Shown here: piece after piece, positions 40,001 to 53,310 of the stretch | How the letters are laid out: each line of letters begins with the position of its first letter | How positions within the stretch are numbered: position 1 is the first letter of the stretch | DNA from: Lingula anatina | Taxonomy: Eukaryota > Animalia > Brachiopoda | Direction of reading: 5' to 3' | DNA length: 64,000 nt | Assembly: GCA_051362555.1 (NCBI GenBank) | Contig: CM120642.1 | Span: 8,184,001 to 8,248,000 of the forward strand | Notes under the pieces: model-generated | What the model was told of the DNA's origin: nothing | The model's input: the letters and a program-made list of their open reading frames with translations, nothing else | Databases searched by the model: none | Position numbers and translations under genes: made by a program

Positions 40001-41334
40001 CGAACTGCACTGTTTGCAATTGTTTTCGATTCCACTGTCCCCTATTATGTCAATTATAATATACGCCTATTATAAAGTCTTCCTAAATAATGATAAGTTT
40101 GTTTGTCAGAACTGTCACTTTTGAGAATAATGCCACACCATAAATGTCTTATCTGACAATAAAACGTGTTTACATCGATGTGATGTTTCATTCTAGACAA
40201 TAATGTCGAGAGTGACACGTATATTTGCTATTGGGGGGTGGGGGGCTGGAGTAACATTACTCACTCGTATGATAGCGCGTATTTTATTGAAGCTGTTAAT
40301 TTTCAGGTGTTTTCGCATGTACCCGTGAGTTTGACTTCTATTAATAATGTACTCTATTTCAAGAGCTCCCTGTGAAGGAAAGCCAAGCTAGTTCTTTGTT
40401 TTACCCATTTCGTTATGAGATTTTTCAGATTTCAGCACAATTAAAAACTGCCAATATTTGGACGTTGAATCATGGCGGGTCTAAGACACTGTAAGATAAA
40501 AACGTCTATCAACAAACACTTCATTGCCTGCCTTTAAACTAGGACATATAGCTGACAATGTGTGATTTGATTGACGTCTCAGGTTTATGGTAGTGGTGGG
40601 TACACAGTAGCAAGAATGTATGTCTTGCCACTGTAGGTAGAGGGCTCTATTAGGTAGAGAGGTTTTAATGTTGCTCAACATTAATTGTACATTTATTTCT
40701 TTAACAAACCGTATATTCATTATTTGTGTTATGCTAATATCTTTTACGTTACTGTAGCATGAATGTTATGACTTGAAATATCAAGCTGTCAAAATAAGAT
40801 TTTCTATTGATATGTAACGAAATATTTCGAGAATATCTCGGTCGGTTCAAAAGATAGACGCCCCCTGAAGTGCTGATGGGTTCATAAACCTGTCATTATG
40901 AATGTGAATGGGCCCTTGAAAAACAGCAGGGCAGCACACAGCACTAAACAGATACAGCCGAGTGCTTGAATGTAGGTTATGGAATCCAATTAAAAACTGA
41001 TTATTGTGTTCCAGGGGGAGATGAGAGAAATTGTGATATCTATAAAATATAAATCATCCACCCCGGGGACAGACACCAGATTCAGCCTATGGTGTCGAGA
41101 CAACCCCGTTCTCATCCCAATTTTATCTCTATATTATTTCAAATTGTTTCAGTTACTTAAAAGAAGTTGGTTGCTAAATGCGCTGCAGTCGCAAATTGCG
41201 TTTTCCCGTACAGACTTGACATTTAACATGGGATATTTCAGTTTCAAATGTATACCTAGGTAAAATGTGTTCTTTTTTTCTCAAAAAAACTCAGATCTCA
41301 TATAAGATATCTAAATGGAGCAGTGTGTAGTCAG

Positions 41335-41481
41335 GGCTCCGTAACTCGAATGCATCGCGAATTGCGATAGCGATATCACCTCTCATTTCGAGACTATTAT
41401 ATGGGGCGAGTAACTGCCGAGTTATGAAAGAGAGACGCTTGTGCTCGGTCACAATCCACAATGCTTTCGAGTTACGGAGCC
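41335..41481. mobile_element. 147-bp MITE, PIF/Harbinger-like
   Basis: TIR GGCTCCGTAACTCGAA(T/A)GCAT at both ends, flanked by a 3-bp CAG duplication. Confidence 0.85.
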
Positions 41482-42599
41482 CAGGTGTGTCGCTACCAAT
41501 TAACTGACTACCATGTCTGTTGCACTGCTGCATTGTGTAAAATGCAGTGTTTAATTGGGTAGTGCTCCTTTGGACTAGTTAAAGCTTGGCTTTGGCGTAG
41601 CATGGTTCTGTCAAAAAAGTACCAATATGTCGGCAACTACTGCACAAAAGAATTTGAAATTTTGCATGCAAGCAGTCGGTTTTTGCAGTGCGTAAAATGA
41701 GTTAAACAATGTTTTACAAAATTGTTAATCAGTGCCAGAATGGTGCCAAAAATACAGACATTACCAGACAGATTATTGTGTCACAGCGGTCCACACAGTT
41801 TTATAGAGTTATGACCAAACTGTTGTACACTGTATATACACAGAGGCCACACCCAATGTATCGAAATCTTACCATCAGGGTACAGGACTCACTGTCCTTC
41901 CCGATATGCTGCTGCAACATGACAAAAACACACAGTCCGTTCAGAATGAGGGGCAAATTGCCACCAAAACGCGTTTTTTCATTACTCGTCGAATCAACGA
42001 CCTACGACCTACATGTCCTACAACAAAAGTGAACCGAATTGGATAAGTTTTGACCGATGCCTGGAATGTTATTCCAGATTAAACTCTAAAGAACTATCCC
42101 CAAGGAATGCCTTGCCGTTTGAGAGCCCTGGTAGCAGCCAGATGATTTCAGGCGTAACAGGGACCGTTGCTGTGACTAGACACTGGCATGAGGGTCTTTT
42201 GTGGCGTGTAACTCTTTAACAGACGATAAATTGGAAAATATGGAGATTCAATAAATCTCCTTAATAGTTGTCGATGACTTAGAATAGGCAATGTATTTTT
42301 GTTTGCTTCACTGACGAATTATTGAACGGATGTCACAATGACATCAAAGAGATTATTAAAAGTTATTAAAACACGGTTTTAATCCTTATGTTCATTTATC
42401 AGTCAGAAAAATAGGGAACAAAAAACTGATGAAAAATGATTTGGAAAAAATTCCATATTTTAATATGCCAAGCCTGTATTTCTTTGGATGCCTGTATTTC
42501 TTTGGATGCAAAATGCAGCTCTACAACTATCTTGTGGAATGACTCTCCAGGCTGTAGTTGCGGTTAGTCAAGTTACGCTCTCATCTTTCACGTTAAAAT

Positions 42600-42730
42600 C
42601 AACGATAGTTAATTACCCCTAGTAGGCGTTCCAGACATCAGGGGAATTTAGCCTAAGGGTAATTTAGTGAGAAACCCCTCGGAGATGGGTCGATCCTGCT
42701 AGATCGGTCTAGGTATGGGGATTGGGTCTT
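42600..42730. mobile_element. MITE-family fragment (sibling of 2636-2740)
   Basis: Reverse complement of 2636-2740; shares GGGGTAATTAACTAT with the 10575 MITE. Confidence 0.7.
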
Positions 42731-43344
42731 AAAAGCATAGCATTTTAAGTAAAAAATTAGATTACAACTACAAATAACTTTAATTAATGGGATTTTATTC
42801 TTTGATATCTCAAAAACCTGAAAATTGGACGTGGTATATACAATTTTCCTTTCACATTTTCAAGATAAGCGTATCTTGAATTTTTTATGTAAGTAATTAA
42901 ATATATGACTTTTGAATGTGAAAAATCGTGCAGTATTTAGTTATCTATTTAAATTAATCAATAAATCGAAATATTATCAGTGCCATTGATTACTTTTGAT
43001 AATGTTAACCGGTATGTAAAAAAATAATCAAAGTACCACTGCAGCAAAATATATAAATGTTTTGTAGGAGATAATGGAAAGTTTTCATTATTCACCATAT
43101 TAAATGCGTTATGCGAGTTATGATAAAAGTGTGGAAAAAAAGTCACATCCAATATTTTCACTTAGGTGGACCTCCTGGACCATTTGAAAGTACACACTGA
43201 TCAATAAGTGGAACACAATTACGTTCCCGATTTCCCCAACGACCCAAGAAGTTATAATAAGAAAGCTTAATTCCCCAGTAAACTGTCCTTTGGCGGACAT
43301 CTTGACAACTTTGAGGTTATCTGCAGTCTTCCATGCTGTTCCGG

Positions 43345-45317
43345 TGTCAAGCAACACAGAGTCCTGCCATTCTAGGGTCCGGCGGACCCGTTGTTTTAAA
43401 ACTGAGAGTCCGGCGGACTCCCTGTCTCGAAATAACGGGTCTCGGACTCTATGTTCTGAAATGTAGAGTCCCCCTAGACACTCTATTTCAGTACGGAAAT
43501 TCCTAGGACCCTACGTTTTAATACTGAAAGTCCGCAATGAAGAGCAATAATGAAATCTCACACTTAAAACATAATGTTAACTGATACGGAGGGAAGAATT
43601 ATAAGGATTAAAGGTAAAATAAACATTCTTAACCTCTGTTAAAGTGTAACGCGTAGTATAAATGTGCATTGTTCGCATTTCATAAACTAATTTGCAGGAT
43701 TATCTTTTGTATGCAATTGAGAAAGAACATCACTTAAGCAATATAAATTTATTCAGAATACATAAGTGCCCTTGGTGAACTTCCTGATTTTACAAAAAAA
43801 GTTTATTTTATTAATCAGTATAGTAATTGTTTTTTCTCCTCAATGTCATTTTCTCTTTGTCGTGCATTTCTTGTAACAAGGCAGTTTTCTTATCTTCGAT
43901 TTCTTCTACTTTCCTCCATCTCCCCTTTTTCCTCTCTTCATTTCCACTCTCTACTCCAACTGCATGTATCTTTCTTACAGCTCTGTAATATAAGCAGCAG
44001 CTTTCGAGCTAAAACAGAAATATAAATATGTACCTTAAATGTACATGTAAGTTTCGCTTTTATTGAACAGTCTTGAAGTTAAACGAGTATAAATGTATAA
44101 AACTTATAATTAATTTATAATGGTTTGCAGCACTTCTCCTTATTGCTCTTTTCTGATTGTCGGTTGTTCGTCTTCTGTATCTGCCATGTTGTAAATAAGG
44201 TCGCACTGCTTGAAAATCCATGCTGACAGAGTAAGACATCGCGAAGAGCTAGCCATTTTATACCCTGAGAAACATGGAACACATTCCTTTTGGGTTGATT
44301 CAATTTTAATTTAGGTTATGCAACTTAAATTAAAACTTTATATAAATTGGTAAACAAAATTAAATGAGTACATTTTTAATTACATTCCATAAGCATGTAT
44401 ATTTAATAATTAATTAATTTCGTCAGTTTCCAGAAAATACATATTTTGCACAATTTGGCATTGATGCACTGTATAACGCTAGCTGTCACACATTTATGTC
44501 ACACATTTATGTCATTGTAGCCTAAGTCACGGGTATAGTCTAAATACAAGGAACGTTTTGCACAGTTTAGCATCGATTCATTGTGTATCACTAGCTTGCA
44601 CACATGTGCGAGTGCTAATCAAATAAGTCACGCATGTATATAGTCCAAAGCATCACAATGCAATGGGATATGTGTGAAATATTTTAAGTAAGTCCAATTA
44701 AAAAAGGTATGGAATGTAATCAAAAGTGAGTATAACACATATTATTGCGGAATGACACACTATAAATATACAGTGGGTTAAATATTTAACTATAGGTCTA
44801 AAAAACAAGAGTGAAAATAGAGGCGTTAAAATGTCAACTCTAGTGTGGGACTCGAACCAACATACTGTTTAATTTCTGCATACTTCCCTGTCATTGGATA
44901 CCATAGTAGGCTCATCACTCGTGTCGTTGTCCACTACACCACCAGGTCGTTGTGCAAACCACCGCCGTTTTGTTATATTACATTTACTTGCATCAAGGGT
45001 TTGCTTTTTTTATAATTCTATTATACCCAGATTGTCAATATAAAGCGCTTTTACTAAATATCTACTATTCTACAGTAGGACCCTAGCTTTTAGACCAAGT
45101 TCTTCTGTATGACGGACGGACTCTGTGTTTCGTGATAGTCATGAAAAGTAGGGTCCGGTTAAATTCAGGGTCCGGGGGACCCTATATATTATATTCAATT
45201 ATCATGATACAGAGTCCGGGACTCGTTATTTCAGAAACCAGGGGTCCGTAGGACCCCTGGTTTCTGAAATAACGGGTCCCGGACTTTCTGTCATGGGGAA
45301 CCTTCTGGTACATGACA
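43345..45317. mobile_element. Non-autonomous DNA transposon, Ginger1-like (1973 bp)
   Basis: TGTCA...TGACA termini. CCGG is duplicated at 43341-43344 and 45318-45321, while intact paralogs have a single CCGG. Subterminal arrays of GGGTCC/GGACCC-type palindromes at both ends; no transposase ORF. Confidence 0.9.
44838..44946 (-). ncRNA. tRNA-derived Pol III promoter module inside the transposon
   Basis: A box TGGTGTAGTGG (44941-44931) and B box GGTTCGAGTCC (44858-44848), 72 nt apart; no convincing cloverleaf. Confidence 0.5.
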
Positions 45318-46595
45318 CCGGCGCTACAGAGATCTTTCAACTTGTCTCCGTTGATGAGTTTCTTGTACACGTGGTCCCCTGTGTTTGGCCACATTCCGTG
45401 GGACCCTTTGGCTGCGTAGAATTGGGCGTGTGTGCAGTCAGTCATCTGAACGATGCGATCCCCTTTCTTGAATCGGCTACCACTCCACAGAAACTCTCCA
45501 CCATATTGGTCAGTGATCTCAGAATCGTGGATCGACAAAAAAATAGAGTAGATTTTGTTATTATTGAACTTGATCTTTACGTGTTCCCAGTCTCCAACGT
45601 GATTACCAAAGGTCAAATACCCTTCTGCACATCCGTTTAGTCGAGGACATAGGCAGTGGCCGCACGCCTCGGCGCACGGGCATACGTTATCAATATATAA
45701 CCCCACACACGCCCGTTTTCCTCTGTTGTATGGAAAGAAGAACCAATAGGTGATTTCAACAACGCTACCCTTGTCCTCGTATATAGCATATGCTGGGGCG
45801 CTGGCAGGATCCTGACCCTTGGAGACGACAGGTTCTCCGCACGAAAATTCCAGGTAGCAGCTTTTGTTACAGGTGGGCAGTGTGCTCGGGGTGACGAAAG
45901 TCGGACTGCCACCGCGTAAGTTAACGTGTTGGAGAAAATAATCGACGCTGGATGGTTTCCATTCCTCTCCCACGGCCAAGCGGACCACTGGCGCCCACAA
46001 TTTCGCGGCGGCGACGATATCTGCATCACTCCTTCCAGTGAGGCCGGTCTTCTGGGCCTTCTGTTTATTCTGACACTGTCTTATGTCTTCTATCATTTTA
46101 AACAAATTGGCGTACTCTCTTAGCGCGCTACCGAAATCGCTGTTTGCCGAATGCAATATGACTATAACTAACAGGAGACACCAACGCCCTGTGAAGGCCA
46201 TATTGAACCATACGGCTGAAGCAGATTTTATCCCTTGGCAGAATGTCTTTAATATCTACAAGAAATAAGAAAACTAAATGCAGATGGCTGATATAATTAC
46301 AGAAAGAACAATATTTAAACATAATTTTTAAAAATTGATTAATTAAACATGAAGCATTTCTTTTGATATCTGTAAGAAGGAAACTTCAGATGACGCCCTG
46401 CTGAATGGGCTAGAATTACCAGTTTACACAAGTTATGAAAAGAAACACCCATTTTCGCATTTCATATATTATTGCTATGCAGTTGATATTAATGGATCGA
46501 CTACAAAGAATTTTGTTCACCAATGTAATGCACACTAATACCACCTGAATACAATGAAATTAACAGACGAACACGCCTCTTGTTTCCAACACACA

Positions 46596-46808
46596 CCCCA
46601 TTTCCATAGATTAGATCGACCTACTTTAGATCGACCTAACTCCCTGGGGGTTCACGCTAAATAGCTGTCAGCCGGGCGGACACGAAAGTTAATTACCCCC
46701 TTACAGCTTGTAGTAGGCGGGACGGACATTTAAGTCGGATTATCTGAAAGTAATCTAGTGAGACTCCCCATGGGGATAGATCGATCTAAAATCTATGGGA
46801 ATAGAGCC
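46596..46808. mobile_element. ~215-bp MITE in the 5'UTR intron of copy 2
   Basis: TIR-like ends CATTTCCATAGATT / AATCTATGGGAAT; sibling at 10575-10792. Confidence 0.8.
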
Positions 46809-48650
46809 ATACTCGTACAGTCACCAGCTTTTCTAAATTCTACTCAACGCCAGGCGTGTTAGTCTGTTAATCTGGTTGCATTCAGCGCGAGTCCTCGCAG
46901 ACTTAGTTCATTATGAACGGTACCTAAAGGTCACTTAAGATAAAGTATACCAAGACTTCCGATCAACAATTTTGGTCAAGATATTGAATGTCTCCATACA
47001 TACATATACCACGATGATTCACTTACTTTAAAAATGGGTATTAAGAAGGGTTTTGATAGCGGTGTCAAAACTTCATTTAATAACTGTTAACGTGCTTGGG
47101 GTGGCAGAAAAGGTTAGTGGGGAAGGTTTTTACATACAAAATTGTTACTTTCAAGTGGCATTTCCGTTAAAATAAAAAAAACAAAAAAAACGGTGAAAAA
47201 AACAACCATGCAAAAGACACAAAAACTGGTAGATTTCGCAATCATGAATGATACTGCCTGAGCAGATTTCGTGATGGTCATGTGGGTAAACCAAACAGTT
47301 GGCCAGGTGACACCGCTGTTAGGGCCTGTCTGTGGGTGCCAGTCGAGTTTTTGAGTCGTGAGTGGACAGTGCGGTGACCGTAAGGCCCTCCCCCCATCCA
47401 TGCAAAAACAAAACAAAGATAGAAAGAAAAAAAAAGAAAGAAAATCACGCACTTTACGGTATTAACAGTATTCTACAGCATTCTATTATTTTTCACCATA
47501 TTCTAAGACCTCATTTGTTATCGACAGTGTAGCAAGAAAACAATGGAATAAACATTTATAAAAATACACTTACAAAGGTGTTATTATTTTACGGAATGGT
47601 AACTACACTCAAAACAAGTAAATATCAATACTTACATCTACGCTGTACCAGGTTTGATAGATAATTGGCCTTTTCGCTGTCCGATAAATTCGGTAAAGGT
47701 TGCAGTGATCTCACTTTGTGCCTGCAAATGTTAGCGCATGGTTGTGACCCGAAAAGTGAGCGCGGAGTTGTTGGTAGTGCTTTAAAAAAAAAAAGAAAAT
47801 GTCATCCAATAAGCTGACGACTGCAATTGGTGTATTATACAATATAAACAGCGAAGCATAATAAGTAGGTTAAACACTCTACAGGGCAACAAGCAGGAAC
47901 TAGATAAAAAAACTAATTAAAAATTGTAAGAATTCAAAAACACAAATAATAACAGATGACAGCGAAACAGGGTCCAAACTACAGCTGACAATAATCTGAT
48001 GACAATAATCTGAAAAGAATATTGTCAAAATGACTGTGACTCGTAATAGGTGCAAAAAGAGAGTTGAACGTACGTGTAAGCAGTATGTGAACTCCCAATG
48101 GCCTATCCAGGACAAACCATCACATGCCAGGCATATTTTAAATAGTTTTGACATAAAATGGAACCGTTTATATAAATTTAGATGCTTAGTAGTAAAAAGG
48201 GTCTGAATATGGACACCGCGGGGTTAACTTCACTGGCGTGTCAAGGCCTAGCTTTCTTAAATGTTATAAAAATGTATTTTTGTTGTGAATAAGACTTGTT
48301 AAACAAAGTTGAATATTTTGACATACACAAAGAAAAATATAACTAGAATAAGAAATTAGGTGCCATACCTCTGCACGGATGAAGCAGAACCGTCTCGCCG
48401 CCTCAAGGTCCCTTTTATTGTACGTAGTGTCTCCCACTAGATTGTCATAGATTGCGGTAGTGTGTCTTAAACATTTTAACCTTATTTTAATCACTTGTCA
48501 TCTGATAATATCCCGAAACTCTGTTCAGTCATTACACCTGATAATTCTGGAACTGTGTTTAATCAAATAATGTTTGGCAACTTAATCAAGTACAGAGATC
48601 TTGTGTAGAGATCGGTGTTGTTCCCTACCCAGGCTGTTTGTCGCTGCACG

Positions 48651-48693
<43 letters not shown>

Positions 48694-48844
48694 GGAGTTT
48701 TCTCTTTATTTTTCTTTTTTACCTCTTCCCTCCCATCGAAGTATCCACACAAATTCAACCCATCTGTTACTAGGCCTGGCTCACTGAACAGATTATAAAT
48801 GACCATAAGCCTACTTTGCAAATGGCTTCTTTATCCAACCTTTA

Positions 48845-49885
48845 GGCCACACTTTTTTATTTTTATGGATGACATCCTGCGCGCGCACCGATTTTCGTCC
48901 GTTCTCCAAAAAAAAAAAAAATCCCCCCCCCCCCCCAAGGAAGTCGGTTGTCGCAAACGTCGTTATTGAATTTGCCGGAAAATGCAATCGGCAATCCTCG
49001 GCTAATTCCGCAAGCTCCATACTGTCATTGTCGACTGCGGAGACATCCGAGTAGTTCCGAGTGCGGAAAATGAGCTTTCTGCGCATGCGTATTATCACCA
49101 CGTGGAAATATGGCGGCTTTGCCGTCAAATTCATCTCTAGCATTAATTTCAAAATACACGACAATTAAAGTCATAAAGAGAACGGGGGCCGTCGTTTTGG
49201 ATTGGTTTGCCATTGATGTTGGACATGAAGATATCACCCTTTTACAATTATACGAAAGGCTGGCCGCGCCCGGAAAATTTCAGTGACATTCTGTCCAGAG
49301 CAGCACATAGGCCTACCAGGTTTTTTTGTAGCGAAAAAAGGGTCGACAAGAGCGTCGTGGTATTTGGTGGACTGAAGGTCGGACAGGCCGCCCGATAGTT
49401 GGTTGCTACGTGTGAGTCGAAGTAGACAAAATGGCATCGACCGAAATTACTTTTTTAGCTTTGGTAGTAGGAAGCATAGGCCTATCTTTGCTTCATTTTT
49501 TTAACAATTCTGTGAAGTGTTTACACTGCTTTAATTTTCTGAGAGTAGGCCTACAAATAAAGACACGCTGTTTATTTGATATTTGTTTTATTGATTGCTA
49601 TACCAACAGAATGCATGAAATAACCTTAAATAGATTTGGTAATATGCAGCATATATATTCATGACTTTTTACCTTTCTACGAAGTAGGCCCTATTCACAA
49701 TGCTTTAATATTTTGAGAGCATGGATAAAGACGTTGTTAGTTTGATACGTGTTTCTGTGGTAAATTAGTGTTTCCAGCTGTGTACTGAAAACAACATTTC
49801 TTAAGCATTTTTTTTTTTTTCGCCCGCTCGCACCGACTTTGGGGTCCCCAGAGGATGTCATCCATAAAAATAAAAAAGTGTGGCC
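48845..49885. mobile_element. Non-autonomous PIF/Harbinger-type transposon (1041 bp)
   Basis: Perfect 34-bp TIR GGCCACACTTTTTTATTTTTATGGATGACATCCT and TTA TSD on both sides. The paralogous empty site is at ~54540. Confidence 0.92.
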
Positions 49886-51502
49886 TTATCCACCTTATTT
49901 CAACTGGCTATCCGTTATGGAAATATTATTTAAACCGTTTTTCAGACGGAGAAAGTTGTCGCCGGATCATAATGTAAGTTTCCTTAATCGTTGGCAGAGA
50001 CCACAAAACCTCAAGTACACCATAGGGCAAGGGCTTACAGCCATATGTAAATTACACCTTGAGGGTTTTTTTTTCAACTCTTGAACAACACTCTGTATGT
50101 ATAGCCTGTTTATACCTTCATTAAATATTCTTTCTGAGAAATATGACATGATTCATACCAAAACATATGACCGATTTCTACCTCACTAGTACCCCTGCAC
50201 GGCCCTGGGGAAAGTTTTGCAAACCAACTTCAGTCGAAGGTCAGTTATAAATGAAACACCCAAACACTGAGTATATCAGAAATATTACACTTAAATTATA
50301 CTATTGAACCTGTTCGCCACAAAGCTATCACAAAGGAGTAACTAAAATAGACAGTTCCTTTATTTAAGTGGACTATTACTATTATAAGCGTTTTCTCTTT
50401 ATTTAATTTGCATTGTAGGAACTAAATAGAGTGGTGGTTGGTTCGAAGTAGGTTGACGAGGACCCCAACTACACCGTTTGGTTTTCGAGCCCACTGTCCC
50501 TTATTATGCCATTTATAATAATGATAATTTGTGTAGGATGTTTTGTCAGAGCTATCACTATTGAGAATAAAGGCACACCATAAATGTCTTATCTGACGAC
50601 AAAACATGTTTACTTTAGGAAAACAGGTTTTTAAAGATATATAGAGACCACAAAACCACGGGTTAAAGGCTTGCCTAAAGCACGTCTTGAATGTTGTTTT
50701 CAGCTCTTGGACAACATTTTGAATGCGTGGTCTGCTCATACCTTACTATTTTTTCTTAATAATGTGTAATACGAGATAGGGTTAGGGCTCTCCCTAGATA
50801 ATGCGTCGTTTGACAGTGCCCCGAAAACCGTTAAGGTGACGAATTATATTTCATTTGGATGTTACATATTAACTTATTTTACTTATTTGGGGGAGGGAAG
50901 TAAGATGTTTTCATTCTTCTGAAGGCGTGAAAAAGGTGAGAGAGGGCAAAGGGTGAAAAGCAGTTTCTCTCTGTAGGTTAGTAGAAGATGTCTTAAAATG
51001 TGTACGCATGCGCGCTTGTGGGAGACTGAAAAATCACAGATACCTTGAACTTTAAAGGTCTTTCCTGTAGGTTTTTCAAATGTAATTCCTATCCCGTTCC
51101 AACCACAGCCGTTCTGGCTGTTGCCAAATCACGTTGAAATCAAGGTAGGAGCTCTATTGAAAGGCAGTGCGTCTGTGTATGCTTTATTATATGTTTGTCC
51201 TATGACTAGAGTTTTCATTGTTCAATTTGTATTAATCTTAAATGTGTTTATCTTATCCATCTTCCTCTTTGTCTTTTATTTTGTTTTTCTTTTTTTACTA
51301 TATACTTTAATAAACTGTAATTCATGTTGCACTGTACCCGGGGCACATTTTATATCATGACATCTTATTCTATTCTCCGTACTAAATATTGCAAACTTCT
51401 AGACTGATGAACTTTTCTTTCTTTTCATTTCTGGTAGTGTACAGTGGTCTGGGAAGTAATAACAGTACGAAATAATACCTCCCTTTCACAATGGTATATA
51501 TA

Positions 51503-51508
51503 TTTATT
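51503..51508 (-). terminator. Polyadenylation signal of copy 3 (equivalent at 56423-56428 for copy 4)
   Basis: AATAAA in the same context ~270 bp downstream of both stop codons. Confidence 0.6.
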
Positions 51509-51774
51509 GTCTATTTCCAACCATTACCTCCTTTTTTATTAATATGATAAAAAATGCTGAGAATGAAAAAGACATGAATTGCGAACTGAGTACATTGCTG
51601 AGCACATACGGTTGAATGTAGAAATTGTGCTACAAACAATTATAAGCATATATGATACATTCTTTACAGATAATTGTATATTATGGATTTATCATTCTTT
51701 CTCTAGACCTTTTAGTTGACTATATTTCTGAATCATAGTTTATTAACAGGTTTCGTAACTCAAACCCTGGTGTC

Positions 51775-52818
51775 TTACTTAGGTGGTCCACCTGGTCCAT
51801 TTTCAAGTACACAATGACCAATGATTTTAGGGCAGTTCCGTTCCCGATTTCCCCAACGACCCAAAAAGTTAAGAAAGCTGAATTCCCCGGTAAACTGTCC
51901 TTTGGCGGCCATCTTGATAACCTTGAGGTTATCAGCAGTCTTCCATGCTGTTCCGGCGCTACAGAGATCTTTCAACTTGTCTCCGTTGAAAAGCTTCTTG
52001 TACACGTGGTCCCCTGTCTTTGGCCAGATACCGTGGGATCCCTTGGCTGCGTAGACTTGCGGGTGTGTGCAGTCAGTTGTGAAAATGGTGCGATCCCCTT
52101 TCCGGAATTCGTTACCAATCCACAAAAACTCTCCACCATATTGTTTAGTAATCTCAGAATCGTGGATAGACAAATATATGGAGTAGATTTTGTTATTATT
52201 GAACTTGATCTTTACGTGTTCCCAGTCTCCAACATGATTTCCAAAGGTCGAGTACCCTCCTGCACACCCTTTAATTCGAGGACAAGGACAGTGGCCCCAC
52301 ACTTTGATACACGGGCATACATTATCAAGATATAACCCCACACACGCCCGTTTTCCTCTGTTATATGGAAAGAAAAACCAATAGGTGATTTCAACAACGC
52401 TACCCTTGTCCTCGTATATAGCGTATGCTGGGGCGCTGGCAGGATCCTGACCCTTAAAGACGGCAGGTTCTCTGCACGAGGGACAAGATAAATGCGTCTT
52501 AGTTTCCAGGTAGCAGTTGCTGTTACAAGTGGGTAGTGTGCTCGGAGTGACGGAAGTCGGACTGCCGCCGCGTAAGTTTACGTGTTGGAGGAAATAGTCG
52601 ACGCTGGATGGTTTCCATTCCTCTCCGAAGGCCAACCGGACCACCGGCGCCCACAATTTCGCGGCAGTAACGATATCGGCGTGACTCCTTCCAGTGAGGC
52701 CGGTCTTCCGTCTATTCTCACACTGTCTTATTTTTGTGCTGCGATACCATCCGTTGCTTGGTGACGAATGCAATATGACTATCACCAACGGAAGGCACCA
52801 AAGCCCTGTGACGACCAT
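51775..52818 (-). CDS. Secreted Vps62/DUF946-like protein, copy 3 (347 aa)
   Basis: Start MVVTGLWCLPLVIVILHSS aligns with the paralogs; acceptor at 52873-52874; all family motifs intact. Confidence 0.87.
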   Translation of the reverse strand: MVVTGLWCLPLVIVILHSSPSNGWYRSTKIRQCENRRKTGLTGRSHADIVTAAKLWAPVVRLAFGEEWKPSSVDYFLQHVNLRGGSPTSVTPSTLPTCNSNCYLETKTHLSCPSCREPAVFKGQDPASAPAYAIYEDKGSVVEITYWFFFPYNRGKRACVGLYLDNVCPCIKVWGHCPCPRIKGCAGGYSTFGNHVGDWEHVKIKFNNNKIYSIYLSIHDSEITKQYGGEFLWIGNEFRKGDRTIFTTDCTHPQVYAAKGSHGIWPKTGDHVYKKLFNGDKLKDLCSAGTAWKTADNLKVIKMAAKGQFTGEFSFLNFLGRWGNRERNCPKIIGHCVLENGPGGPPK

Positions 52819-53278
52819 CTTTAAACACACGGTTGGAGTTGATTTTATCTCTTGGCAGAATGTTTTTAAGATCTGCATGAAATAAGAAAACTAAATGCAG
52901 ATGGCTGATTTAATTAAGGAAAGTACAAAATTTAAACAGAATTAAAAAAAAAAAAAAAAAAAACAATAGGAAAACATAAAGCATTTCTTTTGATATCCGT
53001 AAGAAGGAAACTTCATATGACGCCCTGCTGAATGGGCTAGAACCACCAGTTTACACAAGTTATGAAAAGAAACGCCCGTTTCCATATTTCATATATTATT
53101 GCTATGCAATTGATATTAATGGATATTAATGGATATGGATATTAAGAAAGGTTTTGATAGCGGTGCCAAAACATTTAATAACTGTTAACGTGCTTGGGGT
53201 GGCAGAAAAGGTTAATGGGGAAGGTTTTTACATAAAAAAATTAGTAACTGCAAGGTGCATTTCAGTTAAAATTTCAAG

Positions 53279-53310
<32 letters not shown>

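Larger units (their letters stand above)
43158..46201 (-). pseudogene. Vps62-like copy 2, disrupted
   Basis: 5' part 46201-45318 and 3' part 43344-43158 are separated by a 1973-bp insertion. The 3' part has a 5-bp frameshifting insertion near 43255. A 7-codon deletion removes part of the TKTPLSCxSC motif, and other conserved residues are substituted. Confidence 0.9.

Noticed and set aside
43360-43520. CRISPR-like spaced palindromes
   Set aside because: Eukaryotic context, degenerate repeats, very short spacers; explained as transposon subterminal repeats.
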